Assembly (NCBI GenBank): GCA_964419255.1
Contig: CAYQOU010000003.1
Coordinates: forward strand, 1,417 to 65,416
Length of the DNA: 64,000 bases
Source: an uncultured Fibrobacterota bacterium
GTDB lineage: Bacteria > Fibrobacterota > Chitinivibrionia > Chitinivibrionales > CAYFVL01
Direction of reading: 5' to 3'
The notes under the pieces are model-generated. The model was not told where the DNA came from. It worked only from the letters and a program-made list of their open reading frames with translations, and ran no database searches. Of this stretch, positions 1-9,950 are shown in pieces. Within the stretch, counting starts at the first letter, position 1; each line of letters begins with the position of its first letter. The position numbers and the translations under genes are program-made.

Positions 1-14
1 ACAGTCATGACATC

Positions 15-467
15 ATGAAAAATGTACTTCCTTTCTGGTTGGATGCAAAACACTACGCACTGGAGGCCGGTTGTGTCAGGAGTGTAGAGCCGGCAGTGGA
101 AATAACGCCGCTTCCAAAAGCACCGGATGTGATTATGGGTATAATCGATGTGCACGGAACGATTGTGCCCGTTTTTGACATTCGCAAACGGTTCCGGCTG
201 CCAAAAAAGGATCTTCAGCTGAGCGATATATTGATCCTTGCCGAAAGCAAACAGCGCATCATCGCACTGCCGGCTGATTCGGTCGAACCGGTCACTCGCT
301 ACCCTCAAAACATCATCGAGAGTCCCGAGGCTGTTCCGGGGCTTGAGTATGTAGGGGGTATAGTAAAGCTGCCGGAAGGTGTGATACTGATACATGATGT
401 GGATGCGTTTTTATCGCTTGAAGAAGAAAAAAGATTGGGCGAAGCGGTTGAGAATTATGAATCATAA
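15..467 (+). CDS. cheW: CheW-like chemotaxis coupling protein
   Basis: 150-aa single-domain ORF with CheW-type sequence (…PDVIMGIIDVHGTIVPVFDIRKRF…LIHDVDAFL). It is the first gene of a contiguous che operon. Confidence 0.85.
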   Translation: MKNVLPFWLDAKHYALEAGCVRSVEPAVEITPLPKAPDVIMGIIDVHGTIVPVFDIRKRFRLPKKDLQLSDILILAESKQRIIALPADSVEPVTRYPQNIIESPEAVPGLEYVGGIVKLPEGVILIHDVDAFLSLEEEKRLGEAVENYES

Positions 468-673
468 GTTAAAAAAAATAAGAAATTAAGAAGTAAGGAT
501 TTTTAGTCTGCCTCGTTTTTGCATGCTGGTGCAGGGTATGCGGGATCGGCACAAACGAAATGAGGCCCATGGTATTCGGAATGCAGCGACAAAGTATTCT
601 GGAAAATGATCTCTCGTTCGATTCTTCCTTCTTGCTTCTTAATTCTCAATTCTTTCTTAATGCTGTACCAGTT

Positions 674-2236
674 ATGCAAAACAGACACACCAAAACCGAA
701 CTGCTTGCACGAGTGCGGGAAGAAGTCCGCTTTTCCATAGGGCTGGATCTGTCGACAACCGACGATCAGCATCTGGAGAGGAAAATTGCGGCTGTGTGCA
801 CGCGGCTGGGTTATGACTCACTGGGCTCATGCCTCAGCCGGTTTGCCGGTGAGCATTTGAACAAGAAAGAAATAGAAGTGCTTGCCAGTCATTTGACCGT
901 CGGAGAAACATATTTTTTCCGCGACAGGAAATTGATAAACGCGCTTAGGCTTGGCGTCTTGCCGGAAATCATTCGAGAGCGGGAAAAAACAACCAGAACT
1001 ATCAGAATATGGAGCGCGGGATGCTGCTCAGGGGAAGAACCCTATACGATAGCGATGCTGCTTATATCGCTGTTGCCGGATTGGAAAACGTGGAACATAA
1101 CTATTTTAGCAACCGATATCAATACCGATTTTTTGTCAAGGGCACTGCGAGGCAGATACAGTAAATGGTCTTTTCGTGAGACTCCCGAATGGGCTAAAGC
1201 ACGTTTCTTTACACACGTGGACAAAAGCTATTATCAAATCGCCTCGGATGTACGGGATATGGTAAAATTTTCATATTTGAATCTGGCGGAAAACGTCTTC
1301 CCATCCGTGCAAAACAACACCAATGCCATGGATCTGATCTTTTGCCGCAATGTGCTTATGTACTTTTCCAAAGATGTGCAATCGCAGGTGGTTAACAGGC
1401 TCTATCGGTCACTGGCCGAAGGCGGAAAACTGATGGTCAGCCCCGCGGAAGCATCGGTGCATCGATTCGCTCAATTCGAAAAAAAATACTATGAAGGGGT
1501 GACTTTCTATACCAAACCCGAAGGAGAGCCAAATCTTGAGAATGCTCCTGCGCTTGATGCGCCATCCTCGGTCGAAACATTTTCAAAGCAGATGCATACC
1601 GAGCTGTATCCGACAAAGCGGGAAACGTATCTGACGGATACAACCGCGGGTAGGCCGGAAGAGAAGGACGCAAAGCAACGTAAACCAACGCAACCGTCGG
1701 CAGAGCGAAAGAAACCCCCGATACCGGCTGAAGTCGCTGGACGTAAGGGGAGTTATAACCATGCGGAGTTTCTGTATAAGCAGGGAAACTATCAGGCGGC
1801 GATCGATGAATTGATGCGCTGTGAGCCGGGAGTAAAAACCTTCTCGCTTATTACCCATAGCTACGCCAATATGGGGTATTTCGAGCACGCCTATACCTGG
1901 AGCAAGAAACTGATTGCGGCCGATCGGCTCATTGCCGACAGTCACTATCTTCAGGCAACCATCCTTCTTGAACTTCACAGGGAGCAGGATGCCGCCGAGG
2001 CGCTTCGGAGAACCACCTATCTTGACCAGGATTTTGTCATGGCTTACTTTACCTATGGTGCAACACTGAAGAAGCTGGGGCGACACAAAGAGGCGCACAT
2101 GGCCTTTAAAAATTGTAAATGGCTATTAAGTAAACTTCCGCGCGATACCGAGGTCCCATTTTCGGATGGTATACCAGCGGGTAGATTGGCGGAGATGATC
2201 GAGATGATAAACCGGGAGGAAAACGGTGGCGCATAG
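674..2236 (+). CDS. cheR: CheR-type MCP methyltransferase with C-terminal TPR repeats (WspC/FrzF-like)
   Basis: CheR SAM-binding region (IRIWSAGCCSGEEPYTIAML…ILATDIN…DLIFCRNVLMYF), a Pro/Lys-rich linker, then TPR-like repeats (YKQGNYQAAIDEL…, LKKLGRHKEAHMAF). The ORF track starts at 560. I prefer the ATG at 674 (MQNRHTKTELL) because the upstream 38 aa look non-coding. Confidence 0.85.
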   Translation: MQNRHTKTELLARVREEVRFSIGLDLSTTDDQHLERKIAAVCTRLGYDSLGSCLSRFAGEHLNKKEIEVLASHLTVGETYFFRDRKLINALRLGVLPEIIREREKTTRTIRIWSAGCCSGEEPYTIAMLLISLLPDWKTWNITILATDINTDFLSRALRGRYSKWSFRETPEWAKARFFTHVDKSYYQIASDVRDMVKFSYLNLAENVFPSVQNNTNAMDLIFCRNVLMYFSKDVQSQVVNRLYRSLAEGGKLMVSPAEASVHRFAQFEKKYYEGVTFYTKPEGEPNLENAPALDAPSSVETFSKQMHTELYPTKRETYLTDTTAGRPEEKDAKQRKPTQPSAERKKPPIPAEVAGRKGSYNHAEFLYKQGNYQAAIDELMRCEPGVKTFSLITHSYANMGYFEHAYTWSKKLIAADRLIADSHYLQATILLELHREQDAAEALRRTTYLDQDFVMAYFTYGATLKKLGRHKEAHMAFKNCKWLLSKLPRDTEVPFSDGIPAGRLAEMIEMINREENGGA

Positions 2237-2831
2237 TAAAGGCTCACAACGGTATGATGCACTGCGGGAGAAAATCAAACAAGCCCGCAAATCAATCCAT
2301 GCGGCCTGGGAGCCGTCGAAAGAGGAGAGCCGCCAGCTTCTGCGTGAGCGCGCACGCGCTCTTGCAGCCAGACCTCCCGAGAAACCCGCCGACGATAAAA
2401 TCATGGAATTGCTGGTCTTTGAGCTGTCCGGAGAACACTACGGCCTGGAAACATCGTATATCGCTGAGGTTTTCTTTCTCGATGAATATACACCGCTTCC
2501 TTTCACGCCGGCATGGCTTGTGGGGATCTGTTCGCTGCGAGGGCGGTTCGTGTCGATCACCGACATTCGGGGAATTCTTGGGATGCCGATAAAAGGGATT
2601 GGAGAATTCAACAAGGTGATTCTGCTGCAGTCGCAAACAATGGAGTTTGGTATCCTTGCCGACGCGGTGGTTGGCATTCAAAATCTTCCGCAAAGGGATC
2701 TGCAGAAAGAATTCCATCTGCCCGGAGAACATGCGGAAAACTACATCGCCGGAGTCACCCCTTCTCGTCTGATCGTACTTGACAGTAAGAAACTATTAAC
2801 GGATGAAAAAATGATCGCCGGTACGGAGTAG
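2226..2831 (+). CDS. CheW-like protein with N-terminal extension (WspB/D-like)
   Basis: CheW domain (MELLVFELSGEHYGLETSYIAEV…LVGICSLRGRFVSITDIRGILG). GTG start overlaps the cheR stop by 11 nt, suggesting coupling. Confidence 0.8.
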   Translation: MAHSKGSQRYDALREKIKQARKSIHAAWEPSKEESRQLLRERARALAARPPEKPADDKIMELLVFELSGEHYGLETSYIAEVFFLDEYTPLPFTPAWLVGICSLRGRFVSITDIRGILGMPIKGIGEFNKVILLQSQTMEFGILADAVVGIQNLPQRDLQKEFHLPGEHAENYIAGVTPSRLIVLDSKKLLTDEKMIAGTE

Positions 2832-2880
2832 TCCGGATGCGATATGAAAAATGGACAACTATCAGGAAGGATGATGAGGT

Positions 2881-4356
2881 ATGAAACTATCGTTGCGAAT
2901 CAAACTGCTGTCGGCGTTCAGCATAATGTTGCTGGCGCTCGTTATAATCACTGTCGTTTCTTTCTATACCATTACCCAAATGCAGATGGTACTCAACGAT
3001 ACCTTCCGCAATGATTTTATTCCGTTTCAGGAAATCGTGCATGCTCGTCAGTCATACTTCCAGTGGGTTCGCAGAGTCGACCATATGGTAGAGGCCGAAA
3101 GCACGGAAGACTATTTTCGAGACCAGCGTGAGGCTGCGCAGTTTCGGGAGGAGATGCTCAAACAGGTGCAGGGCAAAATCTCAGGCAGAATCACCCCGGA
3201 AGGGCAGATAAAAATTGCCCGGATACAGGAGTTGATGGGGATCTTGGAGCAAATAATTCAACGTCTGAATAACGCGGCACGACAGAATACGCTTGAGAGT
3301 GCACTGGAGCAGCTTGCCCCTGAGGTGGATGACTTGACGCAACAGCTTGAAACGGCTATGAATGATTTTCTGGCACTGCAGGAACAACAGTTCAGCGTCC
3401 AGGTTGCGACTTCCGAAAAGAATGTGGCGCAAATGGTTACCATAATCGGGGTGGTGGTATTTCTTATCCTTCTTGGAACTATTATAACAATGTTTGTCAT
3501 ATACCGCGATCTGAGCAAGATACTCAATAAGGTTCGCAAGTCAACCGATGAGCTTGCGGTTTCAACAAACCAGATCGCCGCGACGACCGCTCAGCTGACA
3601 TCAAATGCTTCGGAAACCGCCACCGCACTTACGGAGGTGACCTCAACGGTGGAAGAGACGCGACAGACAGCCCGTTTGTCAAACGATAAGGCCAAGCATG
3701 TTTCCGATAGTGCTCAGAAAGTCTCTCATGTATCCCAAAACGGCCGCACGAGTGTCTCCCAGACCATAGAGGCGATCAAGGCGATACGAAATGAGATGAG
3801 CCAGGTGGCGCAGAGTATCATGCGTTTGAGTGAGCAGACACAATCGGTTGGTCAGATTATCGGCTCGGTTAACGAGCTCGCCGAGGCCACCAATATTCTT
3901 TCTGTAAACACATCGATCGAAGCGGCGCGTGCGGGAGAACACGGAAAAGGTTTTACCGTGATTGCCCAGGAGATCCGAAGTCTTGCCGATCGAAGCAAAC
4001 AGGCCACGGGTAGAATTCGGGAGATTCTCACCGATATTCAGAAAGCAAGCAGCTCGACGGTTCTTTTAACCGAGCAGGTCGATAAGAAAGTGGAAAACGG
4101 GGTGGAACTTTCGGCTCAGGCGGGAGATACGATTGAAGTGCTTGCCGGCAGTGTCAACGAATCCGCTCAGGCTGCGACCCAGATCGCGGCATCCAGTTCC
4201 CAGCAGCTTGCCGGTATGGATCAGATTGCCGAAGCGATGAGCAATATCAACGAGGCAAGTAATCAGAATGCAAACAGTCTGCAGCAGCTCGAAAGCGCTA
4301 TGCGGAACCTTGACAGGCTGGGTGAAAATCTCAAAGAACTGGTTGTGGTGCTCTAA
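2881..4356 (+). CDS. Methyl-accepting chemotaxis protein (two TM segments, periplasmic helical sensor)
   Basis: N-terminal TM, about 160-aa periplasmic region and second TM (IIGVVVFLILLGTIITMFVIY). MCP signalling hairpin is present (…LSVNTSIEAARAGEHGKGFTVIAQEIRSLADRS…). Confidence 0.9.
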   Translation: MKLSLRIKLLSAFSIMLLALVIITVVSFYTITQMQMVLNDTFRNDFIPFQEIVHARQSYFQWVRRVDHMVEAESTEDYFRDQREAAQFREEMLKQVQGKISGRITPEGQIKIARIQELMGILEQIIQRLNNAARQNTLESALEQLAPEVDDLTQQLETAMNDFLALQEQQFSVQVATSEKNVAQMVTIIGVVVFLILLGTIITMFVIYRDLSKILNKVRKSTDELAVSTNQIAATTAQLTSNASETATALTEVTSTVEETRQTARLSNDKAKHVSDSAQKVSHVSQNGRTSVSQTIEAIKAIRNEMSQVAQSIMRLSEQTQSVGQIIGSVNELAEATNILSVNTSIEAARAGEHGKGFTVIAQEIRSLADRSKQATGRIREILTDIQKASSSTVLLTEQVDKKVENGVELSAQAGDTIEVLAGSVNESAQAATQIAASSSQQLAGMDQIAEAMSNINEASNQNANSLQQLESAMRNLDRLGENLKELVVVL

Positions 4357-4357
4357 T

Positions 4358-6784
4358 ATGTCGGACAATAATGACGATTTGATGGGGAAGCTGTTTGAGA
4401 TCTTCAAGGCAGAGGTGGAGGAGCATCTGACGGCTCTTTCAGATGGACTTCTGCAGCTGGAGAAAAGGCCTTGCGGCCAAACGGAACTACTTGAACATCT
4501 TTTTCGTGAAGCACACACGCTCAAAGGTGCTGCCCGGTCGATAAATCATCTGGATATTGAATCCATCGCCGCATCTCTTGAGAATGCACTTGCTGCCTGG
4601 AAAAAAACTGAGGCTCGCCCGACACGAGAGATATTTGATCTATTCAGTAAAGCCCTGGATCTGATAAACGCTGTCTTAGCGGGGAACCATCCTTATCAGG
4701 AGATTCGCGATATTTCCGATCGACTGGATGCTGTGGAGTTTGGCTTAGAGAACAGACCCGATCTCCATAAGCAACAGGAGAAGAGAGATGGTGATGAGAC
4801 AAGGGATCAAAAGCCGTTAACGGCGGGAGGGAAACAAGAGCAAAAAGAATCAGAGCCGGAGAAGCCGCAGACGATTGCCGCAAAAGAGCATACACCTCAA
4901 TCCGGTGAGGCCACCACCGGGAGGGAACCTTCGTTTCAATCTGCGGATTACAGCTATGCGCAGGGGCGAGATTTTCTTACCGGAATGGTAAAGGTGCATG
5001 CCGAACAGATCAATGAGTTGATGGGAGAGGCCGAGGAGATGAGCGCCAAAAAGGCATTCATCGAAGAAAATCTCGCTGAACTCGGCAATCTCCTGCAACA
5101 GCTCAGCGCGCTGCAGAGGGATATCGGTCAGTCGGGCAGAGAAACTCTCCCGGGGTATCCGCTTAGGCGAGGAATACCTGTGGCGGGCGCATCAGGCCAT
5201 GTTTCCTCGATCGGCACTTTACACCGGCAGCCCAGTGCCATTTCAGGCGGTGAAATCGCCGAGCGGTTTGAATATATCAGCCTGCGTATAGGACACCTTC
5301 ATGACAAGCTTGGGCAATCCTACGATTCGGTAATCCAGCATTTCACCTCATTGAGTGCCATGATACAACGCCATCAGGAATCGGTCAGGAAGACCGGCAT
5401 GGAGCCGTTCGCCTCTCTGGCAGATTCGCTTCGGCGCATGGCACGTAATATTGGCGGCGACCAGGGTAAATCGGTCGCGGTAGATATCAGCGGTGAAGAT
5501 ATTGAGCTTGACAGAAGAATTCTTCAGGAGCTTCGAACCCCGCTTCTTCACCTGATAAGAAACTCGGTGGATCATGGAATCGAATCACCCGATCACCGTC
5601 GATCCTCCGGGAAAAATCCCGAAGGTCACATACGGGTCAGTCTGAATGCTCTGGATAACGGACGATTCAGTCTGGTTGTGGAAGATGACGGCGCGGGAAT
5701 CGATCCACACACGATCCGAAAAGCAGCGGTAGAGAGAAATGTTCTCTCGCCGACAAAAGCTGAATCGATGGGCAGGAGTGAAACTCTGGATCTGATTTTT
5801 GTATCCGGCTTCTCCACGCGCGCCGATGTAAGTTCGTTGTCTGGTCGTGGTCTGGGGCTTGCGATTGTGCGGGAAAATATCCGTAAAATGGCCGGGCAGG
5901 TTCGGGTGGAAAGTACTCCCGGCAAGGGCACTCGTTTCACCATGCAACTGCCGTCATCGGTATCCGCACTGCGTGGCATCCTTATCGGGGTCGGTGACAG
6001 GGAATTTATTCTTCCGACGACGTTTATTGATCGGGTGGTGCGAGTCGCGGTGGACACAATAAAAACCATCGAAGGGAAAAGAACCATAACCAGCGCTAAC
6101 GAAGCCATTGCCCTTGTCGAGCTGGCAGCCGTGCTGGGTACCGGCACCCGCAAACGGGAGATGCCGGTGGTGCCGGTGGTAATCATCAGCTTTGCCGGCA
6201 ACAAGCTGGCGTTCTCGGTCGACAGGATCATAGAAGAAAATGACTACGTTGTAAAGCCGCTTGGTCCGCAGTTGTCCCGCGTGCGCATGATCACCGGTGC
6301 GGTTGTTTCGGCCGGCGGTCAAAGCATCCCGGTGCTTAATATCACTGATATGCTTTTGGCAGAGCGCATGCAGCTGTCCAGCGCGAAATCCGGCTATGCT
6401 TTAGAAAAGCAACCGGTGAAGCACAAAGTCGTGCTGGTCGTGGAGGATTCGGTGACCTCACGGACTCTGCTTAAGGCTGTTCTCCAGTCGGCGGGCTACA
6501 CTGTCAAAACGGCGGTAGACGGCGCGGATGCGTACGCAGTGGTCAAAAGTGAACCGGTGGATGTGGTGGTGTCTGACATCGACATGCCCCGGATGAACGG
6601 CCTGGAGCTGACCCGTAAGATAAGAGCGGATAAGGACATTTCAAACCTGCCAATCGTTCTGGTGTCGGCTCTTGATTCCCGGCAGGATCAGGAAGCGGGG
6701 ATCGAGGCGGGTGCCGATGCCTACATCGTAAAGAGCCGGTTTGATAATGCCAATCTGATTGATACGGTGAAGAGACTCGTTTGA
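4358..6784 (+). CDS. cheA: Hybrid CheA histidine kinase with C-terminal receiver (WspE-like CheA-REC)
   Basis: HPt (FREAHTLKGAARS), HATPase (VEDDGAGIDP…SGRGLGLAIV), CheW-like regulatory domain and REC (VLVVEDSVTSR…DVVVSDIDMPRMNG…). The ATG at 4358 lies 1 nt after the MCP stop. The track start at 4268 overlaps the MCP. Confidence 0.9.
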   Translation: MSDNNDDLMGKLFEIFKAEVEEHLTALSDGLLQLEKRPCGQTELLEHLFREAHTLKGAARSINHLDIESIAASLENALAAWKKTEARPTREIFDLFSKALDLINAVLAGNHPYQEIRDISDRLDAVEFGLENRPDLHKQQEKRDGDETRDQKPLTAGGKQEQKESEPEKPQTIAAKEHTPQSGEATTGREPSFQSADYSYAQGRDFLTGMVKVHAEQINELMGEAEEMSAKKAFIEENLAELGNLLQQLSALQRDIGQSGRETLPGYPLRRGIPVAGASGHVSSIGTLHRQPSAISGGEIAERFEYISLRIGHLHDKLGQSYDSVIQHFTSLSAMIQRHQESVRKTGMEPFASLADSLRRMARNIGGDQGKSVAVDISGEDIELDRRILQELRTPLLHLIRNSVDHGIESPDHRRSSGKNPEGHIRVSLNALDNGRFSLVVEDDGAGIDPHTIRKAAVERNVLSPTKAESMGRSETLDLIFVSGFSTRADVSSLSGRGLGLAIVRENIRKMAGQVRVESTPGKGTRFTMQLPSSVSALRGILIGVGDREFILPTTFIDRVVRVAVDTIKTIEGKRTITSANEAIALVELAAVLGTGTRKREMPVVPVVIISFAGNKLAFSVDRIIEENDYVVKPLGPQLSRVRMITGAVVSAGGQSIPVLNITDMLLAERMQLSSAKSGYALEKQPVKHKVVLVVEDSVTSRTLLKAVLQSAGYTVKTAVDGADAYAVVKSEPVDVVVSDIDMPRMNGLELTRKIRADKDISNLPIVLVSALDSRQDQEAGIEAGADAYIVKSRFDNANLIDTVKRLV

Positions 6785-6911
6785 GGGGATTTTTAATCAA
6801 AACAAACGAAGGTTACGCGCGAAAAGCCGGCTGCAATGTTTTTTCGCGAGAGTGTCATGGTTTACATATTTTCTCATTGCAGCTCAGATTTGTTATTTAG
6901 AAAGTAACGCA

Positions 6912-7961
6912 ATGATACATTTACTGATCGTCGAAGATATTCAAAATATGCGGGATTCTTTACGGAAGCTGTTTGAGGCGGTGGAAGACATTTCCATTGC
7001 AGATGTTGTGAGCAGTGATGATGCTGTTGAGAGCGTCATACGGAAAAACCCCGATGTGCTTCTTTTGGATACCGTTGCAGATGCTGAAAAGAGCATGGAA
7101 ATTATAGAATATCTTATGGAAGAAATGGCTCTGCCGATCGTTGCACTAACAGAGAACTGGCAAGATGTAGGCACGGGAGATGCTCGCAGTGCACTCCGAT
7201 CGGGAGCGGTAGCAGAGGTGAATTATTCATCGGAAAAGGAATTTTCCGATACTGAGGAAGTTGCAAAACAGATTGTATATGTGGTAAAGGCAATGGCGGA
7301 AGTGAAAGTGGTGACCCGACGCAGGCGCAGAAAGATGAATGCAGCTTTTCGGATAGCACCGACAACTCTGGACCTGCCGATTGTGGCAATCGGTGCTTCC
7401 ACCGGGGGACCGTCTGTTTTACAGGTGCTTCTCTCAAAACTGCCCGTAAAGCTCAGAGCCGCGGTTCTTATCGTCCAGCACATAAGCCCCGGCTTTATCG
7501 GTGCTCTGCGAGGGTGGCTGCAGAGATCGTCAAACATTCCGGTGTATATGGGCGAACATGGCATGAAAATGGAAACCGGGTGCGTCTATATTGCCCCCGA
7601 TGGCTATCACATGGCGGTGAATAAAGAAAGCGAAATCGTGTTGGAGGATTCATCGCCGGAAAACCATGTAAAGCCCTCCATAGGGCATCTTTTCAGGTCA
7701 CTTGCTCAATGCAATGCTCGTATGTCGATCTGTATTCTTCTGAGCGGCATGGGAAGAGATGGGGCGAAGGAAATGCTTGACATTAAAAAGGCCGGAGGAG
7801 TTACCATCGTGCAGGATAAAGAAACGTCGGTGGTCTATGGCATGCCGGGAGCGGCGCTTGAGCTTGGTGCTGCCATGTATGTAATGGATCCGGTGCGTAT
7901 CGCCCAATCGCTGGAGAGCTTTCTTGATTCAATGGAGAGTAAATGGAAACACGAAAAATGA
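6912..7961 (+). CDS. cheB: CheB-type protein-glutamate methylesterase with atypical receiver domain
   Basis: Catalytic triad contexts are present (IGASTGGP, VQHISPGF, SGMGRDGA). The N-terminal REC-like domain starts at MIHLLIVEDIQ (ATG 6912). Confidence 0.85.
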   Translation: MIHLLIVEDIQNMRDSLRKLFEAVEDISIADVVSSDDAVESVIRKNPDVLLLDTVADAEKSMEIIEYLMEEMALPIVALTENWQDVGTGDARSALRSGAVAEVNYSSEKEFSDTEEVAKQIVYVVKAMAEVKVVTRRRRRKMNAAFRIAPTTLDLPIVAIGASTGGPSVLQVLLSKLPVKLRAAVLIVQHISPGFIGALRGWLQRSSNIPVYMGEHGMKMETGCVYIAPDGYHMAVNKESEIVLEDSSPENHVKPSIGHLFRSLAQCNARMSICILLSGMGRDGAKEMLDIKKAGGVTIVQDKETSVVYGMPGAALELGAAMYVMDPVRIAQSLESFLDSMESKWKHEK

Positions 7962-8016
7962 CATGGGATATGCTTCAAAGCGGTTTGGATACCTTCTATA
8001 GTGATATGGAGATCAA

Positions 8017-9762
8017 ATGAAACAAAAAGGTGGTCAACAGCAGCGATCGATTCTGATCGTTGAAGACAGTCCGACGCAGCGTGAGCGTCTGAGAATTCTT
8101 CTTCAGGATAAAAATTTTGACGTACATACCGCAAAAAACGGCGAAGAGGCGCTGGCAAAAGCACGTGAGCTGCGGCCGGAGGTGGTTGTCAGCGATGTTA
8201 TGATGCCGGTGATGAGCGGGTATGATCTGTGCCGAGCGATCAAGGATGATCCGCAGCTCAAGGATGTTACCGTTGTGCTTCTTACCGCTCTTTCCGATCC
8301 GCAGGACGTAATAAACGGGCTGACCAGCGGTGCCGATAATTTTATCACCAAACCGTATAGTGATTCGTTCCTTCTGTCACGAATAGAGTATATTTTTGTC
8401 AACAAAAGCATTCAACACGCCCGTATGAGTGATCTGGGAGTGGAGATTGTTTTTGGCGGAAAAAGACATCTGATCAATTCAAACCGTCTGCAGATAATCG
8501 ACCTGCTGCTTTCAACCTATGAGAATGCGATACAGAAAAACCATGAGCTTGACAGTGCCAATCGGGAGCTGGCCAGGACAAAGCAGGATCTGCAGTCTCT
8601 TAACACGCGGCTGCGCTCTCAAACCGACCAGCTTCAGTCTATATTGGAAAGCATATCCGATGGTGTGTTGGTGGTTACCCCCGATGGTAAGCCAGTTATC
8701 ATGAATCCGGCTGCCAGGGAGATGTCCGGAATCACCGATATTTCGGAGATTGAGGATTTTGAATCTCACGCTCACAGGCAGAAGTTTTTCGATGTAAACG
8801 ATCAGCCGGTACCATTCGAGCAGTGGCCCCATCGCAGGGCTTTACGAGGGGAAGAATTCACCGGTCTTCAATACCGAAGCCAAATCGCAGGTCAGAGAGA
8901 AACACGATTTCTGGAATTCAGCACCTCACTGATTCGTGATGCGGGAGGAGAAATCTCATCGGTGCTTATAACGGCACATGACATAACGCAGCAGAAACAC
9001 CATGAGGGGCGTCTGAGAGAGTCAAAACAGCTTGCCGAGCAACGCGCCGATGAGCTGGATGTGTCAAACAAAGAGCTGGAGTCCTTCTCCTATTCACTCT
9101 CCCACGATCTTCGATCCCCTCTTCATTCCATGAAATTGATTGCGGATTTGCTCAAGGATGATTACAGCGAGAACCTGGGGGAAGAGGGTAAACAGTACCT
9201 TGAACATATAGCAATGAACACCGATAAGATGAATGCCTTGATCGATGATATGTTGAGTCTGGCAAGAATAAGTCGGCAGGAGATGGAATGTTCACAAGTA
9301 GACCTGCGCAAAATTTCAGAAACGCTGATTTTTGAGCTGCAGCAGGCGGAGCCCCAGCGGAATGTGGACGTCAAGATGCATGGAACGCTCACTGCATTCT
9401 GTGATGAGCAACTGGTGAGAATCGCCCTGAGAAATTTACTGGGCAATGCCTGGAAATATACCGGTAAAACAGAGAATCCCCACATAGAAATCGGCTCAAT
9501 ATACCGAAACGGGGAAAACGTTTACTATGTGCGGGACAACGGCGCGGGGTTTTCCATGGACAATACAAAGGACCTGTTTAAGCCCTTTCAACGCCTTCAC
9601 CCGGAAAAAGAATTTTCAGGAACCGGTATCGGGCTCGCTATCGTAGAGCGTGTGATGGCCCGTCACGGGGGAAGAGTGTGGGCGGAGGGTGAAGTGGGAA
9701 AAGGGGCAACTTTCTATTTTACGTTGGCCAGAGCGCAAAATCATAACGAAGGTACGGCTTGA
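8017..9762 (+). CDS. Hybrid response regulator-PAS-histidine kinase (REC-PAS-HisKA-HATPase)
   Basis: REC (ILIVEDSPTQRE…VVVSDVMMPVMSGYDL…FITKP), coiled coil, PAS, H-box (SLSHDLRSPL) and the ATPase N/G boxes (NLLGNAWKY…RDNGAGF…GTGIGLAIV). Confidence 0.85.
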   Translation: MKQKGGQQQRSILIVEDSPTQRERLRILLQDKNFDVHTAKNGEEALAKARELRPEVVVSDVMMPVMSGYDLCRAIKDDPQLKDVTVVLLTALSDPQDVINGLTSGADNFITKPYSDSFLLSRIEYIFVNKSIQHARMSDLGVEIVFGGKRHLINSNRLQIIDLLLSTYENAIQKNHELDSANRELARTKQDLQSLNTRLRSQTDQLQSILESISDGVLVVTPDGKPVIMNPAAREMSGITDISEIEDFESHAHRQKFFDVNDQPVPFEQWPHRRALRGEEFTGLQYRSQIAGQRETRFLEFSTSLIRDAGGEISSVLITAHDITQQKHHEGRLRESKQLAEQRADELDVSNKELESFSYSLSHDLRSPLHSMKLIADLLKDDYSENLGEEGKQYLEHIAMNTDKMNALIDDMLSLARISRQEMECSQVDLRKISETLIFELQQAEPQRNVDVKMHGTLTAFCDEQLVRIALRNLLGNAWKYTGKTENPHIEIGSIYRNGENVYYVRDNGAGFSMDNTKDLFKPFQRLHPEKEFSGTGIGLAIVERVMARHGGRVWAEGEVGKGATFYFTLARAQNHNEGTA

Positions 9763-9950
9763 GAGATAAGAGTAAAAATTACGAGAAAAAAACAGCTTGC
9801 AAACATGTACCATATGTGAAAAAGTAGCGAGTCGCCTTTAGTACGAATGTCAAATTCATATCGAAAACCCGCACTTTCCACCCCTCGAGATACTTCGTCA
9901 TCCTTGAGCCGTGAATGCATATTTAGAGACACACGGGAAGGAAAAGGTTT

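Noticed and set aside
560-673. Upstream extensions of track ORFs. They include 560 for cheR, 4268 for cheA, 6852 for cheB, 10534 for the C39-like gene, 30178 for cbpA, 47252 for the TIM barrel, 58412 for the membrane protein and 20762 for paralog B.
   Set aside because: The extensions overlap the preceding gene or have non-protein-like sequence. Internal ATGs with RBS-like purine tracts and sensible N-termini, such as signal peptides or domain starts, fit better.
1583-2098. 171-aa minus-strand ORF inside cheR. The same pattern occurs at 5626-6231, 10525-11250, 34887-35699, 38280-38951, 47222-47920, 59472-60203 and 60908-61531.
   Set aside because: All lie antisense to genes with strong family motifs. 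Their translations are Arg/Pro/His-rich with no recognisable domains, which is typical of shadow ORFs.
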